DNA of 55,212 bases from an uncultured Verrucomicrobiales bacterium (lineage in GTDB: Bacteria; Verrucomicrobiota; Verrucomicrobiia; Verrucomicrobiales; DEV007): contig CALKOM010000085.1 in NCBI GenBank assembly GCA_938091905.1, positions 1-55,212 of the forward strand. Direction: 5' to 3'. Of this stretch, positions 1-8,865 are shown piece after piece (positions within the stretch are counted from its first letter, which is position 1; each line of letters starts with the position of its first letter). The notes under the pieces are model-generated. The model saw only the letters and a list, made by a program, of their open reading frames with translations. It had not been told where the DNA came from and made no database searches. The position numbers were made by a program, and so were the translations under genes.

Positions 1-426
1 GATCTGACGGTAAACAATATCACCGACGACGATTTCGGTAGTTACGCGGGAGACGGCCTCCCAGATGACTGGCAGGTGCAATACTTTGGAGAAGACAATG
101 CCGACGCTGGTCCTAACGTCGATGCTGATAGAGATGGTGACAGTAACCTTTACGAGTATCACGCTCGTCTCTTACCGAATGACCCTACGAGTTTTCTGGA
201 AATCACTGTGACGCCAGATGCTACCGAGGGAGACGCGCTCCTGACGCTCTCTCCTGGGAAAGCGGGGGTGAACTATGCAGTGAGCACCAAGGACTCGCTT
301 CTTGACGCTGATTGGATACCACTGACCACCATGGTAGTAGGATCAGACGGCATGCTAGAAGTTACCGATATGGATGCCTCGGGCCTGAGAAAGTTTTACA
401 TCGTGACACCCACGCGCACGCCTTGA
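1..426 (+). CDS. Partial (5'-truncated by window edge) secreted protein with DGxxD Ca-binding-type motif and PVC-type C-terminal domain
   Basis: Frame 1 is open from base 1 (DLTVNNITDDDFGSYAGDGLPDDWQVQYFG...DADRDGDSNLYEY..P.DPTSF) to TGA at 424-426; ends ...RKFYIVTP. Confidence 0.8.
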   Translation, partial: DLTVNNITDDDFGSYAGDGLPDDWQVQYFGEDNADAGPNVDADRDGDSNLYEYHARLLPNDPTSFLEITVTPDATEGDALLTLSPGKAGVNYAVSTKDSLLDADWIPLTTMVVGSDGMLEVTDMDASGLRKFYIVTPTRTP

Positions 427-427
427 G

Positions 428-550
428 ATCGCTGAGGTGGATCACATCGTGCCTGTGCCCAAGGCTCCACAGTTTGAGTCATGGATCGGGAACCTTGAGT
501 TCATGCTGAGGACTCTGAATCGGTGGAAGTCAGGCAAGATGGAAAAGTAG
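428..550 (+). pseudogene. HNH-type nuclease fragment
   Basis: Manual translation IAEVDHIVPVPKAPQFESWIGNLEFMLRTLNRWKSGKMEK*; DHIxP...NL...N..K pattern; in-frame TGA at 404 upstream and no usable start. Confidence 0.55.
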
Positions 551-727
551 CAGCCGTGGCGATTTTTTGTATCTAATTTGTATCCGATTTTTAGCTAGGA
601 TTAAGACGCAATGCCATGAAACGGCTAGAGGCGCATGGTTAGCGTTAGGGCGACTTAAACTCTGCATATATAGCGATATGCTTGGGATGAGGTGTGGAAT
701 CGAGGGAGGCCCAAAACTGCACCCAAC

Positions 728-1198
728 GGCTTGTTGAGCCGCTGCGTGCTTTGCCGAATCAAACGCGACGGTTGTTGGCAGTCCCGCTTGACCTCGGAAG
801 TAGTTGATCCAGCGAAGTACGAGATCCTGGTAGCTGGAGCGGTTGGTGCCCTCTTCGCTGCTGGCCACGTTTCCTTCCCAGCCAATAAGCTCTGTATCGT
901 CGCCGTCGACCGTGTAATGGGTATGAAAGTCGATGAGGTTGGCCAAGCGATTGCTTGTATCAATCTTGAAACCGCTGATCTGTTCGTCGCCGTCCGTTAC
1001 TGCGACTTGCTTTCGGATTGTTTGGGCGGGCTGAAGGGCGCGTGACCACTGAGCCCCTTCGAAATTAGGTGCGACACCGAGCTTAGGTGAGGACTAAGTT
1101 GGTATAGCGTGCACTTGAGCCTCCTCGGCGGCAATTAATTCAAGAAATATACCAAGATTGGCTAAAATTATAATCTTTATTAAATTAAATATAATTAC
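728..1198 (-). pseudogene. Truncated CAP/SCP-domain secreted protein
   Basis: GFKIDTSNR...GWEGNVAS...VLRWINYFRGQAGLPTTVAFDSAKHAAAQQA, then loss of similarity; in-frame TAG at 1094-1096; hydrophobic signal-like segment upstream. Confidence 0.65.
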
Positions 1199-1217
1199 AG
1201 TAGCGAGATGCCCAACA

Positions 1218-2434
1218 GAATTCATCGATCTTTCAGGGGAATCTTGCGAACTGTTTGGAGTAAGACGGTATTGCGACGCAGTCTTCTTACAATCCTCAAT
1301 CTTTCCGCAGTTTGGGCCCTACCAGGGGCGAATCCCTATGCCGTGATCGATCTTAACATGAAGAAGCCTAATTTCCTTCGATACCATGGATCAGATAGCG
1401 CTAGATTCCGTGTTGGGAGATTACACGAGGATCGGCGGTGAGATTGCGAATGGTTCTTTCGGTGAAGAGTTTGTGGGTAGCGAAGACTACAGCGGGGATG
1501 GCTTTCCCAAGAGTTTTGTCGGCAATCTCGTTGGGGCATCGTCTCACGGGGCGCATTCTGGCCTGGGCTGCGTGTTGTATAAAACTGCTAAACTGAGAGG
1601 TCTTAGGTTTCAAATGAACAGCGTGCCTCGGGCAGATATTAGAGGTGTATGGTCCCAGCATTGTTGCAATAGGGGCCGCTACGATGGCGCACGGGGATTT
1701 TGATAGTTATCGTATTATGGAGCTTGTTTGCGGGAATCCTCACGCTACGTCTCATGCCACGGACGAGCAGTGGCCACGATTCACTTGGGTTACGGCACAA
1801 GTCTTCTACGGGCAACCGGGTGGGTGGCCGGACATCATCGATTTCAAAGCTGGAAATCTTCCTGATTTAATAGATATGCGAATTTTGCAGACCGATGCAG
1901 GCGCAGCTAACGACACCCTCTGTTATAGCGCGTCGGCGGGTCTAATCGATGAAGACGATCATGTGGATTTGATCATCAACGAAATGACCGGCAACAGACT
2001 CTGTGGAACCTCTGTCGACGTTGGAAATATGTTCATCCTTAGTGGAGCGGGTATGGGGAATACACCTGCTGTAGACTTGTCTTTTCGGAATAGGAATTTG
2101 TTAGGCTTTGGCAGCTTGGACGGTGACAAGAGTGTAACCAGGTATGCCATTGTTCGAGCTTCCTCTGAATTGCCGCCCACCTTTACCATGGCGATCTTTG
2201 GTCCAGAGCCCGATGGCCAAGGGGGTAGAGGTCGATTTCTATGATTTCGGAGGAAGCACGCTGCTCAGATTTAGTGGCGATTTCGGTGATGACTACGAGT
2301 TGTGGACCGATGAGTCGCTCCATGCTAATCTGTGGTAGCCGGTTCAGATTCGGTATTGTGTTACTGGGCGCTGGATTTTTTTGTATGATCCTGCCGCTTC
2401 GCCGACTACGCTAGGTGACGTTTACCAGGGGTAA
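1218..2434 (+). pseudogene. FG-GAP/integrin-alpha-like repeat protein, frameshifted
   Basis: Repeat motifs DYSGDGFPKSFVG, GDFDSYRIMELVCGNP and GLIDEDDHVDLIINEM are spread over ORFs 1386-1703, 1645-2244 and 2144-2338 in different frames; in-frame TAG at 2336. Confidence 0.65.
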
Positions 2435-2473
2435 CCCCGGTAGGCGGATGAATTTGCGGATATTTCTGAGTGC

Positions 2474-2490
2474 TTGGCACGATTCCTTCT
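2474..2490 (+). promoter_or_regulatory. Candidate sigma-54 promoter of glnB
   Basis: TTGGCACGATTCCTTCT: perfect -24 TGGCACG, imperfect -12 (CTTCT vs TTGCW), ~85 bp upstream of a nitrogen-regulatory gene. Confidence 0.45.
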
Positions 2491-2562
2491 TACATTGCAA
2501 TCGTGCTGGACAACAGTGCATGAACGACATTTGATTCCAACTACACAAATCAAGCTAACTGA

Positions 2563-2928
<366 letters not shown>

Positions 2929-2951
2929 GCGGAACTGGAACTGATTTCTGA

Positions 2952-2986
2952 GCGCCTATCTCATAGCTTATGGGGTAGGCGTTTTC
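2952..2986 (+). terminator. Rho-independent terminator after glnB
   Basis: Stem GCGCCTATCTCATA / TATGGGGTAGGCGT (with G-U pairs) followed by TTTC. Confidence 0.75.
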
Positions 2987-3099
2987 ACGTTCTTGTTGGG
3001 GGAAACTTTGGTCAGGGCTGGGGTTTCTATTTCAGTAAATCTACTAGGCACCGGGCGCTTGACTTCGCAGGCTGCCTCCCCTCACTGTTTATTATCCCA

Positions 3100-4767
3100 A
3101 TGATTATGAATTCTGGTCGTCATCTCACCATTCTCACAGGTCTTTCTATTCTTGCCCTCAGTCTTTCAGGGGTTCGGGCGGAGGAGGCCACCATTTACGA
3201 AGCGGTCGTGAAACCGATCTTGGAGGCCCGCTGCGTGGAGTGCCACGGGGAAAAAAAATCGAAGGGTAAGCTTCGGCTCGATACACCTGAGCATATCCAA
3301 AAGGGAGAGGAAACTGTCGTATCCGGGAAGTCGGGAGAGAGCCTTCTCATTGATCGTGTTACACTGCCAGAAGACGACGATGAATTGATGCCTCCAAAAG
3401 GCGACACGTTGACGAAGGATCAGATTGCCGCGCTGACTTGGTGGATCGATGAGCACAAGGCTTCCTATGATGTGAAGTTTGTCTTGGCAGACGCCCCTGA
3501 AGCCATTCAGAAAGTCGCTAGTGCTGCGCCCGCACCCAGTGCTTCAAAGTTGAAAGAACCTGAGCTGCCTAAGGTAGATCCGGCTGCAGCTGAGTTGATG
3601 AAGCCATTGCAGGATTTGGGTGTGCTGGTGTTGCCGCTCGCTCAAAATACCAATTTGCTCCATGTCGAGTCGGTCAGCGTTGCGAAAGACATTGGCGACG
3701 AGCAACTGGCGCTGTTGAAGCCACTCGCGCCTCAACTTGCGTGGCTCTATCTGAACAAGACCCAAATTACTGATGTTGGAATGGCTCACCTTTCCGGACT
3801 GAAACAGCTTCGCCGTTTGCACCTTGCAAACACGGCAATCACATCGGCGGGTGTCAAGCAGCTTGAAAGCCTGGAGAACCTGGAAACGCTCAATATCTAC
3901 GGAACTAAAGTGGACGATGGTGTGTTGGAGACCTTAGCGAAGTTACCTAAGCTTAAGAAGGTCTTTCTTTACGATACGGAGGTATCCTCCCGCGTGGCGT
4001 TCCGTTTCCTCACGAAAAATCCGGAACTCGACCTCAATCTGGGGTGGGACTTTGAGTCTTTGAAGAAACTTGATTCAGGTATGACCTATCATGATGCCTT
4101 CGATGACAAGCATCAAGGTTCCGTGCAGGGTGGCAAGTTGACTTACGGCGACGGACCTTCAGGTAAAGCGGCCAAGTTTGACGGCAAGGCCTTCCTTGTT
4201 GCTGGAGACATCGCAAACTTCGAACGCTCGCACCCATTTAGTGTGACTGCCTGGGTCAAAGGTGAGCCTCAGGATGACGGGGTGATTGCTGCTCGTTCTG
4301 ATGTTTCTGATTCAGGGCGTGGTTGGGATGTCCATGTGACCAAGGACAAGGTGGTCTTCCAATTGGTGAGCAACGGGCCTGACAATGCTATTAAAGTCCA
4401 CGTGCCAGCAGCCATGGACAAAGACACCTGGTATCATATTGCCGTCACCTATGATGGTTCTGGCAAAGCAGAAGGCGTCAGGATCTTCGTTGATAGTGTG
4501 GCCGGCGAAGCAAAAGTTGGCCAAGACAATCTCAGCCGGCCAACGAAGACTTATCAGGTCATGCGTGTGGGGCGTCGCAGCGATGGTGCCATCTTCAAAG
4601 GTGAGCTTGATGACGTGCGTATCTACGATTCGAAGCTGTCAGCTGATCAGGTCGGAGCCATGTTCGACCGCTATGGCCACAAGGATGCACCTGGAGCTAA
4701 GGAGGGTGCTGAGGCGGCCAAGCCTAAAACTGCGGCAGCAAGCAAAGCTGATTTGCTTGACGTATAA
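3100..4767 (+). CDS. Secreted planctomycete-type cytochrome c (PSCyt1) + leucine-rich repeat + LamG/concanavalin-like protein
   Basis: Signal peptide; VKPILEARCVECHG...KGKLRLD...MPPKG...WID; LRR units (LRRLHLANTAIT, LETLNIYGTKVDD); WYHIAVTYDG...FKGELDDVRIYD. Confidence 0.85.
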   Translation: MIMNSGRHLTILTGLSILALSLSGVRAEEATIYEAVVKPILEARCVECHGEKKSKGKLRLDTPEHIQKGEETVVSGKSGESLLIDRVTLPEDDDELMPPKGDTLTKDQIAALTWWIDEHKASYDVKFVLADAPEAIQKVASAAPAPSASKLKEPELPKVDPAAAELMKPLQDLGVLVLPLAQNTNLLHVESVSVAKDIGDEQLALLKPLAPQLAWLYLNKTQITDVGMAHLSGLKQLRRLHLANTAITSAGVKQLESLENLETLNIYGTKVDDGVLETLAKLPKLKKVFLYDTEVSSRVAFRFLTKNPELDLNLGWDFESLKKLDSGMTYHDAFDDKHQGSVQGGKLTYGDGPSGKAAKFDGKAFLVAGDIANFERSHPFSVTAWVKGEPQDDGVIAARSDVSDSGRGWDVHVTKDKVVFQLVSNGPDNAIKVHVPAAMDKDTWYHIAVTYDGSGKAEGVRIFVDSVAGEAKVGQDNLSRPTKTYQVMRVGRRSDGAIFKGELDDVRIYDSKLSADQVGAMFDRYGHKDAPGAKEGAEAAKPKTAAASKADLLDV

Positions 4768-4809
4768 TCCTGGAGCGGAAGGAAAAGTGCCAGTTAAAGT
4801 AAAATCCTG

Positions 4810-5670
4810 ATGCGACTCTGCGCGCTTCTGGTCGCGAATGTTCTAGGGCTAGAATTTGGACTTGCTGAGATCGGGTATCCAGTTCCAAATGTCTATGCTA
4901 GGGCGGCCCTAGTCGTTGATTCTACAAATGGTACGATTCTGTACGAGAAACATGCTGATGAGAAACGAGCCGTTGCCAGTACCCAGAAACTGCTGACCGC
5001 TTTAATTGTCTCGCAAGCAGGAAAGCTCGACCAGAAGGTCAAAGTCGAGTCTACAGATACGCGGGTGGAGCCCTCGAAGGTTGGTATTCGAGCAGGTCGT
5101 GAATATCCACGATTGCTCTTGCTCCAGTCTCTACTTGTGAAGAGTGGCAACGATGTTGCGCGGTGTCTCGCCCGTGATCATTCTGGTGGCCAAGATGCGT
5201 TCAGGCCTGTTCTCAATGCCAAGGCTCGGCAATTGGGCATGGGAGACTCGCACTTTGTCAATGCACACGGCCTGACCGAGGAAGGCCAGGAATCGACCGC
5301 CCGCGACATGGCCAAGCTCGCCATCGTCGCGCATCGAGATGAGCACATTTGTGATGCCGTGCAATTAGAGGCTGTAGACTTTCCCAAGAAGGGGTGGACT
5401 GACAAGCTTCAAAATTCAAACAAGTTGTTGCCACTTAGCTTTGTCACCGGCATGAAGACCGGATTCACAAACGCTGCTGGGCGCTGTTTGGTTAGTAGTG
5501 GTGAGTTCAATGGCCGGGAGGTGATTGTCGTGGTGCTAGGCAGCAATGGTGAGCATGTCTGGAAGGACAGCGAATCACTGCTCCGCTGGGCGCTCAAGGT
5601 GCCAGCAGAGAAAGGTGCTCCTCCTCCAGAGGACGAGGAAAGTGTTAAAAATGAAGCAGACGCTTCCTGA
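4810..5670 (+). CDS. D-alanyl-D-alanine carboxypeptidase (peptidase S11)
   Basis: ASTQKLLT (SxxK), KSGND (SxN), NAHGL, STARD, MKTGFT.AAGRC. Confidence 0.92.
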   Translation: MRLCALLVANVLGLEFGLAEIGYPVPNVYARAALVVDSTNGTILYEKHADEKRAVASTQKLLTALIVSQAGKLDQKVKVESTDTRVEPSKVGIRAGREYPRLLLLQSLLVKSGNDVARCLARDHSGGQDAFRPVLNAKARQLGMGDSHFVNAHGLTEEGQESTARDMAKLAIVAHRDEHICDAVQLEAVDFPKKGWTDKLQNSNKLLPLSFVTGMKTGFTNAAGRCLVSSGEFNGREVIVVVLGSNGEHVWKDSESLLRWALKVPAEKGAPPPEDEESVKNEADAS

Positions 5671-5682
5671 CTTTGGTGCCTG

Positions 5683-6744
5683 ATGAGTACCGTCGTCTCC
5701 TGGGAAGCTGCTCGAAAGGAGCGGGATCGGCTTCAAGCCGACGGTAAGCGATTGGTTTTCACCAATGGCTGTTTTGATTTGCTCCACGTTGGTCATGTTC
5801 GCTATCTGAATGAGGCCCGAACTTTGGGGGATGCCCTTTGTGTGGCGCTTAATTCAGATGCCTCGGTCGCTTCTATTAAAGGACCAAGGCGGCCGCTCAA
5901 TAGATTAGAAGATCGGGCGGAGGTCCTACTCGGCCTAAGTGCTGTGGACTACGTGGTCGTCTTCGCAGAAGAGCGTGCGACTAGTGCCATTGAGGCTATT
6001 GCCCCACACATTTATGCTAAAGGAGGGGATTATACTCCTGAATCTCTCAATGAAGAAGAACGGCAGGCTTTAGACCGTGTAGGGGCTTCAATAGAGATTC
6101 TTTCCCTGGTTGCTGGTAAGTCGACGACGGAGACCCTTTCAAAGCTTTATGATGGCGAATCGAAGCCCCTTCAACTTGGAGTACTAGGATCTGGGCAAGG
6201 TTCGAGCTTAGAAGGAATCTTTCACGCCATCGACGATGGACGTCTTCCGGACACCGAAGTTGCGTTGGTGCTTTCTGATCAACCTGATGCCAGAATTTTA
6301 AAAGTTGCCGAAGACCGTTGCGTGCCTGCCGTGTCTGTGGATCCTGGGCCCTACAAAACGAGGCTCGGCGAACCAGCACAGAAAGAGATACGAGATCGTC
6401 TAAAGGCGGCTTCCGTGGAGCTGGTCATTCTTGCCGGTTTCATGCGTCGTCTCAAGGCGCCTGTATTAGAAGCTTTTCCGAAGCGAGTACTCAACGTCCA
6501 TCCGTCGTTACTCCCAAACTACCCAGGGCTATGCGCATGGAAGCAGGCCTTGGGTGCAGGCGAAACGAAGACCGGATCCACGATTCATCTCGTGGATGAG
6601 GGACTGGATACCGGGCCTATTCTTGGTCAGGAAACGGTTCCGATACGGAAAGATGACACGCCAGATGATCTGCTGGAGAGAATCAAAGTCGCAGAAAGAA
6701 AGCTCTACCCTCGGGTCATCAGGGAGTATGCTGCGACTCTCTGA
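5683..6744 (+). CDS. purN: Fusion: RfaE/HldE-type adenylyltransferase domain + phosphoribosylglycinamide formyltransferase
   Basis: N-half VFTNGCFDLLHVGHVRYL...NSDASV..KGPRRP...KGGDY...STT; C-half GVLGSGQGS...LAGFMR..LNVHPSLLP.YPG...HLVDEGLDTGPI...ERKLYP. Confidence 0.88.
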   Translation: MSTVVSWEAARKERDRLQADGKRLVFTNGCFDLLHVGHVRYLNEARTLGDALCVALNSDASVASIKGPRRPLNRLEDRAEVLLGLSAVDYVVVFAEERATSAIEAIAPHIYAKGGDYTPESLNEEERQALDRVGASIEILSLVAGKSTTETLSKLYDGESKPLQLGVLGSGQGSSLEGIFHAIDDGRLPDTEVALVLSDQPDARILKVAEDRCVPAVSVDPGPYKTRLGEPAQKEIRDRLKAASVELVILAGFMRRLKAPVLEAFPKRVLNVHPSLLPNYPGLCAWKQALGAGETKTGSTIHLVDEGLDTGPILGQETVPIRKDDTPDDLLERIKVAERKLYPRVIREYAATL

Positions 6745-6763
6745 TGAGTAGCGCGGCTTTCCG

Positions 6764-7855
6764 TTACTGAATCCCGATTGTCGCAGGCTGCGCTGCATCC
6801 GGATCGACTAAGCGGCCGCCTTGATAAACGGCGACGGATTGAGCTGCTGCGCTGACTACTTGCACGAGGTACTCCTCAGCTTTTTCCCACGGAGAACGTG
6901 GCATCCAGACAATGTCGCCGGGCTCAAGAGGCACATCAGTAGCCCCGCCATTGAGAACCTGATTAAAGTCGACGATTGCATATTCAGGTTTCGTTAGGCT
7001 ACCCCTCAGGATAATCGTTTTCTGACGGTAAGCTTTTGGTGTTGGGCCGCCAGCGCGGGCGAGAGCTGATACCAAAGTAGTTCCGCCCTTATAAGTGATG
7101 GACTTTGGGTCAGTAACAGACCCTAGCAAGTATACCTTGGCGTCCTGAGTTGAGGGAATATAAATGTAGTCGTCAGGCTCAAGATAAATGTTTTGTGAGG
7201 TATCTCCACCTTCGACCAAGCTTTGAAAATCGACGGGGAGCATCTTGTTCCTACGTACTATGTAGGCGCTGGATAGGTCAGGCAGACTTTCGAGATCAGT
7301 ATTGAGCGCACTAGCCAGGCCACCAGCTTCCGAGATCGCATCGAGAACAGTCAATGGACGGGTGAGGGGATAAGTGCCGGGGGTATTCACCTGACCCAAG
7401 ATGAAATAATTACGGCTTGTAATCTCGTCCAAGGTTACGCGGACCAGTGGCCGCTGTTCAAAGACTTGCATCTTCTTGGTGATTGCAGCCGTGAGTTCTT
7501 CAATAGTCTTTCCTTCTGCGGGAACGCCTTGTGCGAGGTCGAAGTAAACCAGTCCATCTGGCATGACGCGGGTGACCTGACGAGTCTCAGGTTTATCCGT
7601 CAGCTCGATCGTAAGGTTGTCTCCTTGACCCAATCGATAGTCGTCCGTCTTGGGACGCAGCATGCTCTTGGATATACTGCCAGTTCCATTAAACTTTTTG
7701 AAATTGGCGGAGGTCGTCATGGCTCCCGAGGAATCTACTTGAGAAGCATGTGCTCTGGGATCGAAGCGATTGGAGCCGTTCTTTCCAGGTATGGGGTCGC
7801 AGGAGACGAGAGAGCCCAAGAAAATGAGCAGGCAGAAATGCACGATTGGTTTCAT
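6764..7855 (-). CDS. Polysaccharide export outer-membrane lipoprotein (Wza/OPX, SLBB repeats)
   Basis: Start re-set to MKPIVHF (ATG 7855); lipobox LVSC; YRLGQGD, PDG, GQVNTPG.Y, LTVLDAISEAGG, LEPGDIV. Confidence 0.88.
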   Translation of the reverse strand: MKPIVHFCLLIFLGSLVSCDPIPGKNGSNRFDPRAHASQVDSSGAMTTSANFKKFNGTGSISKSMLRPKTDDYRLGQGDNLTIELTDKPETRQVTRVMPDGLVYFDLAQGVPAEGKTIEELTAAITKKMQVFEQRPLVRVTLDEITSRNYFILGQVNTPGTYPLTRPLTVLDAISEAGGLASALNTDLESLPDLSSAYIVRRNKMLPVDFQSLVEGGDTSQNIYLEPDDYIYIPSTQDAKVYLLGSVTDPKSITYKGGTTLVSALARAGGPTPKAYRQKTIILRGSLTKPEYAIVDFNQVLNGGATDVPLEPGDIVWMPRSPWEKAEEYLVQVVSAAAQSVAVYQGGRLVDPDAAQPATIGIQ

Positions 7856-7893
7856 GACGGAGTCGATGGCTAACTTTTGGGGCTCGATTAAAT

Positions 7894-8838
7894 TTATTCG
7901 ATACCGGTTTCGAGATTCACTTTTGTGGCAGCTGCTGAACGGAGAAATGCAGTGAACGCGCGGTCTAAGATAGTCTCGGCATGATACCAAGGCTTACGGT
8001 GAATGTAGAGCATGTCTCCTGGCTTTATGGGGACATCCGCTTGCTCAGCTTTGAGCACTGCCGCAATGTCGACCGCGATTGTTTCGGGCTTGTCCATCTT
8101 ACCGCGGACTAACAAGACTTTACCTTTCCAAGCTTCCTGTGCGAATCCGGCTTGCTCGGTAATCGCGCCGACGACTCCAAGGCCCGGGCGCATACGGTGC
8201 ATGCCCTGGTTTTTCACGTAGCCAAAGACGTAGTATTCATCGCTGAGATTTGAGGCTATGTAGATGTGATCTTGATGCTGGAGGCCGATGTTCTGACTTG
8301 TGTCTCCGTCTGAGTAAAGCTTGGTGAAGTCCACCGCCAGCTTGCGCCCCTGGCGAACAATGAAAGATTGATTGAGGTTTACCCGGGCATTAACTGCGCC
8401 CGCTTGGGTATCTTCTTTCGAGAGCCCACCTGCCTTGGCGATTGCTTCCAACAAAGATATTGAGCGTTCTATGTTGAAACGCCCCTGCTTCGGAACACTT
8501 CCAAGAATGGTGTAGCTCTTGCTACCTAATGCACCAGGCGAGAGGACGACCTTGGCGTTGGTATCGAGCTTCTGAAGAGCGGTCTCGACAGCTTTTCCTG
8601 CTTCCGGAATGGTCAGCCCGGCAATGCTCACGCGAACGTCGAGATAAGTCACGGTGCCGTCAGGCGCGATAGGAATGTCCTCCGTCTTGGTTTCGGGGCG
8701 TCCTATGACATACATGGTCACGTTGTCACCCGGGCCCAATTTGTACATCGGTCGCTGGGCAGACACGTTAAAGGATGTGGCCAGTAGGATCGTAACGAGT
8801 GTTGACCAGAGAAGATGGCGAATTACGCGGTTCATCAT
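7894..8838 (-). CDS. Second polysaccharide export protein (Poly_export + SLBB)
   Basis: Signal peptide; YKLGPGD, IAPDGTV, GLTIPEA, GSVPKQG, LLEAIAKAGG, IKPGDMLYI. Confidence 0.88.
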   Translation of the reverse strand: MMNRVIRHLLWSTLVTILLATSFNVSAQRPMYKLGPGDNVTMYVIGRPETKTEDIPIAPDGTVTYLDVRVSIAGLTIPEAGKAVETALQKLDTNAKVVLSPGALGSKSYTILGSVPKQGRFNIERSISLLEAIAKAGGLSKEDTQAGAVNARVNLNQSFIVRQGRKLAVDFTKLYSDGDTSQNIGLQHQDHIYIASNLSDEYYVFGYVKNQGMHRMRPGLGVVGAITEQAGFAQEAWKGKVLLVRGKMDKPETIAVDIAAVLKAEQADVPIKPGDMLYIHRKPWYHAETILDRAFTAFLRSAAATKVNLETGIE

Positions 8839-8865
8839 GAGTCAGGTGGTTGGTGTTAGAGCGAG

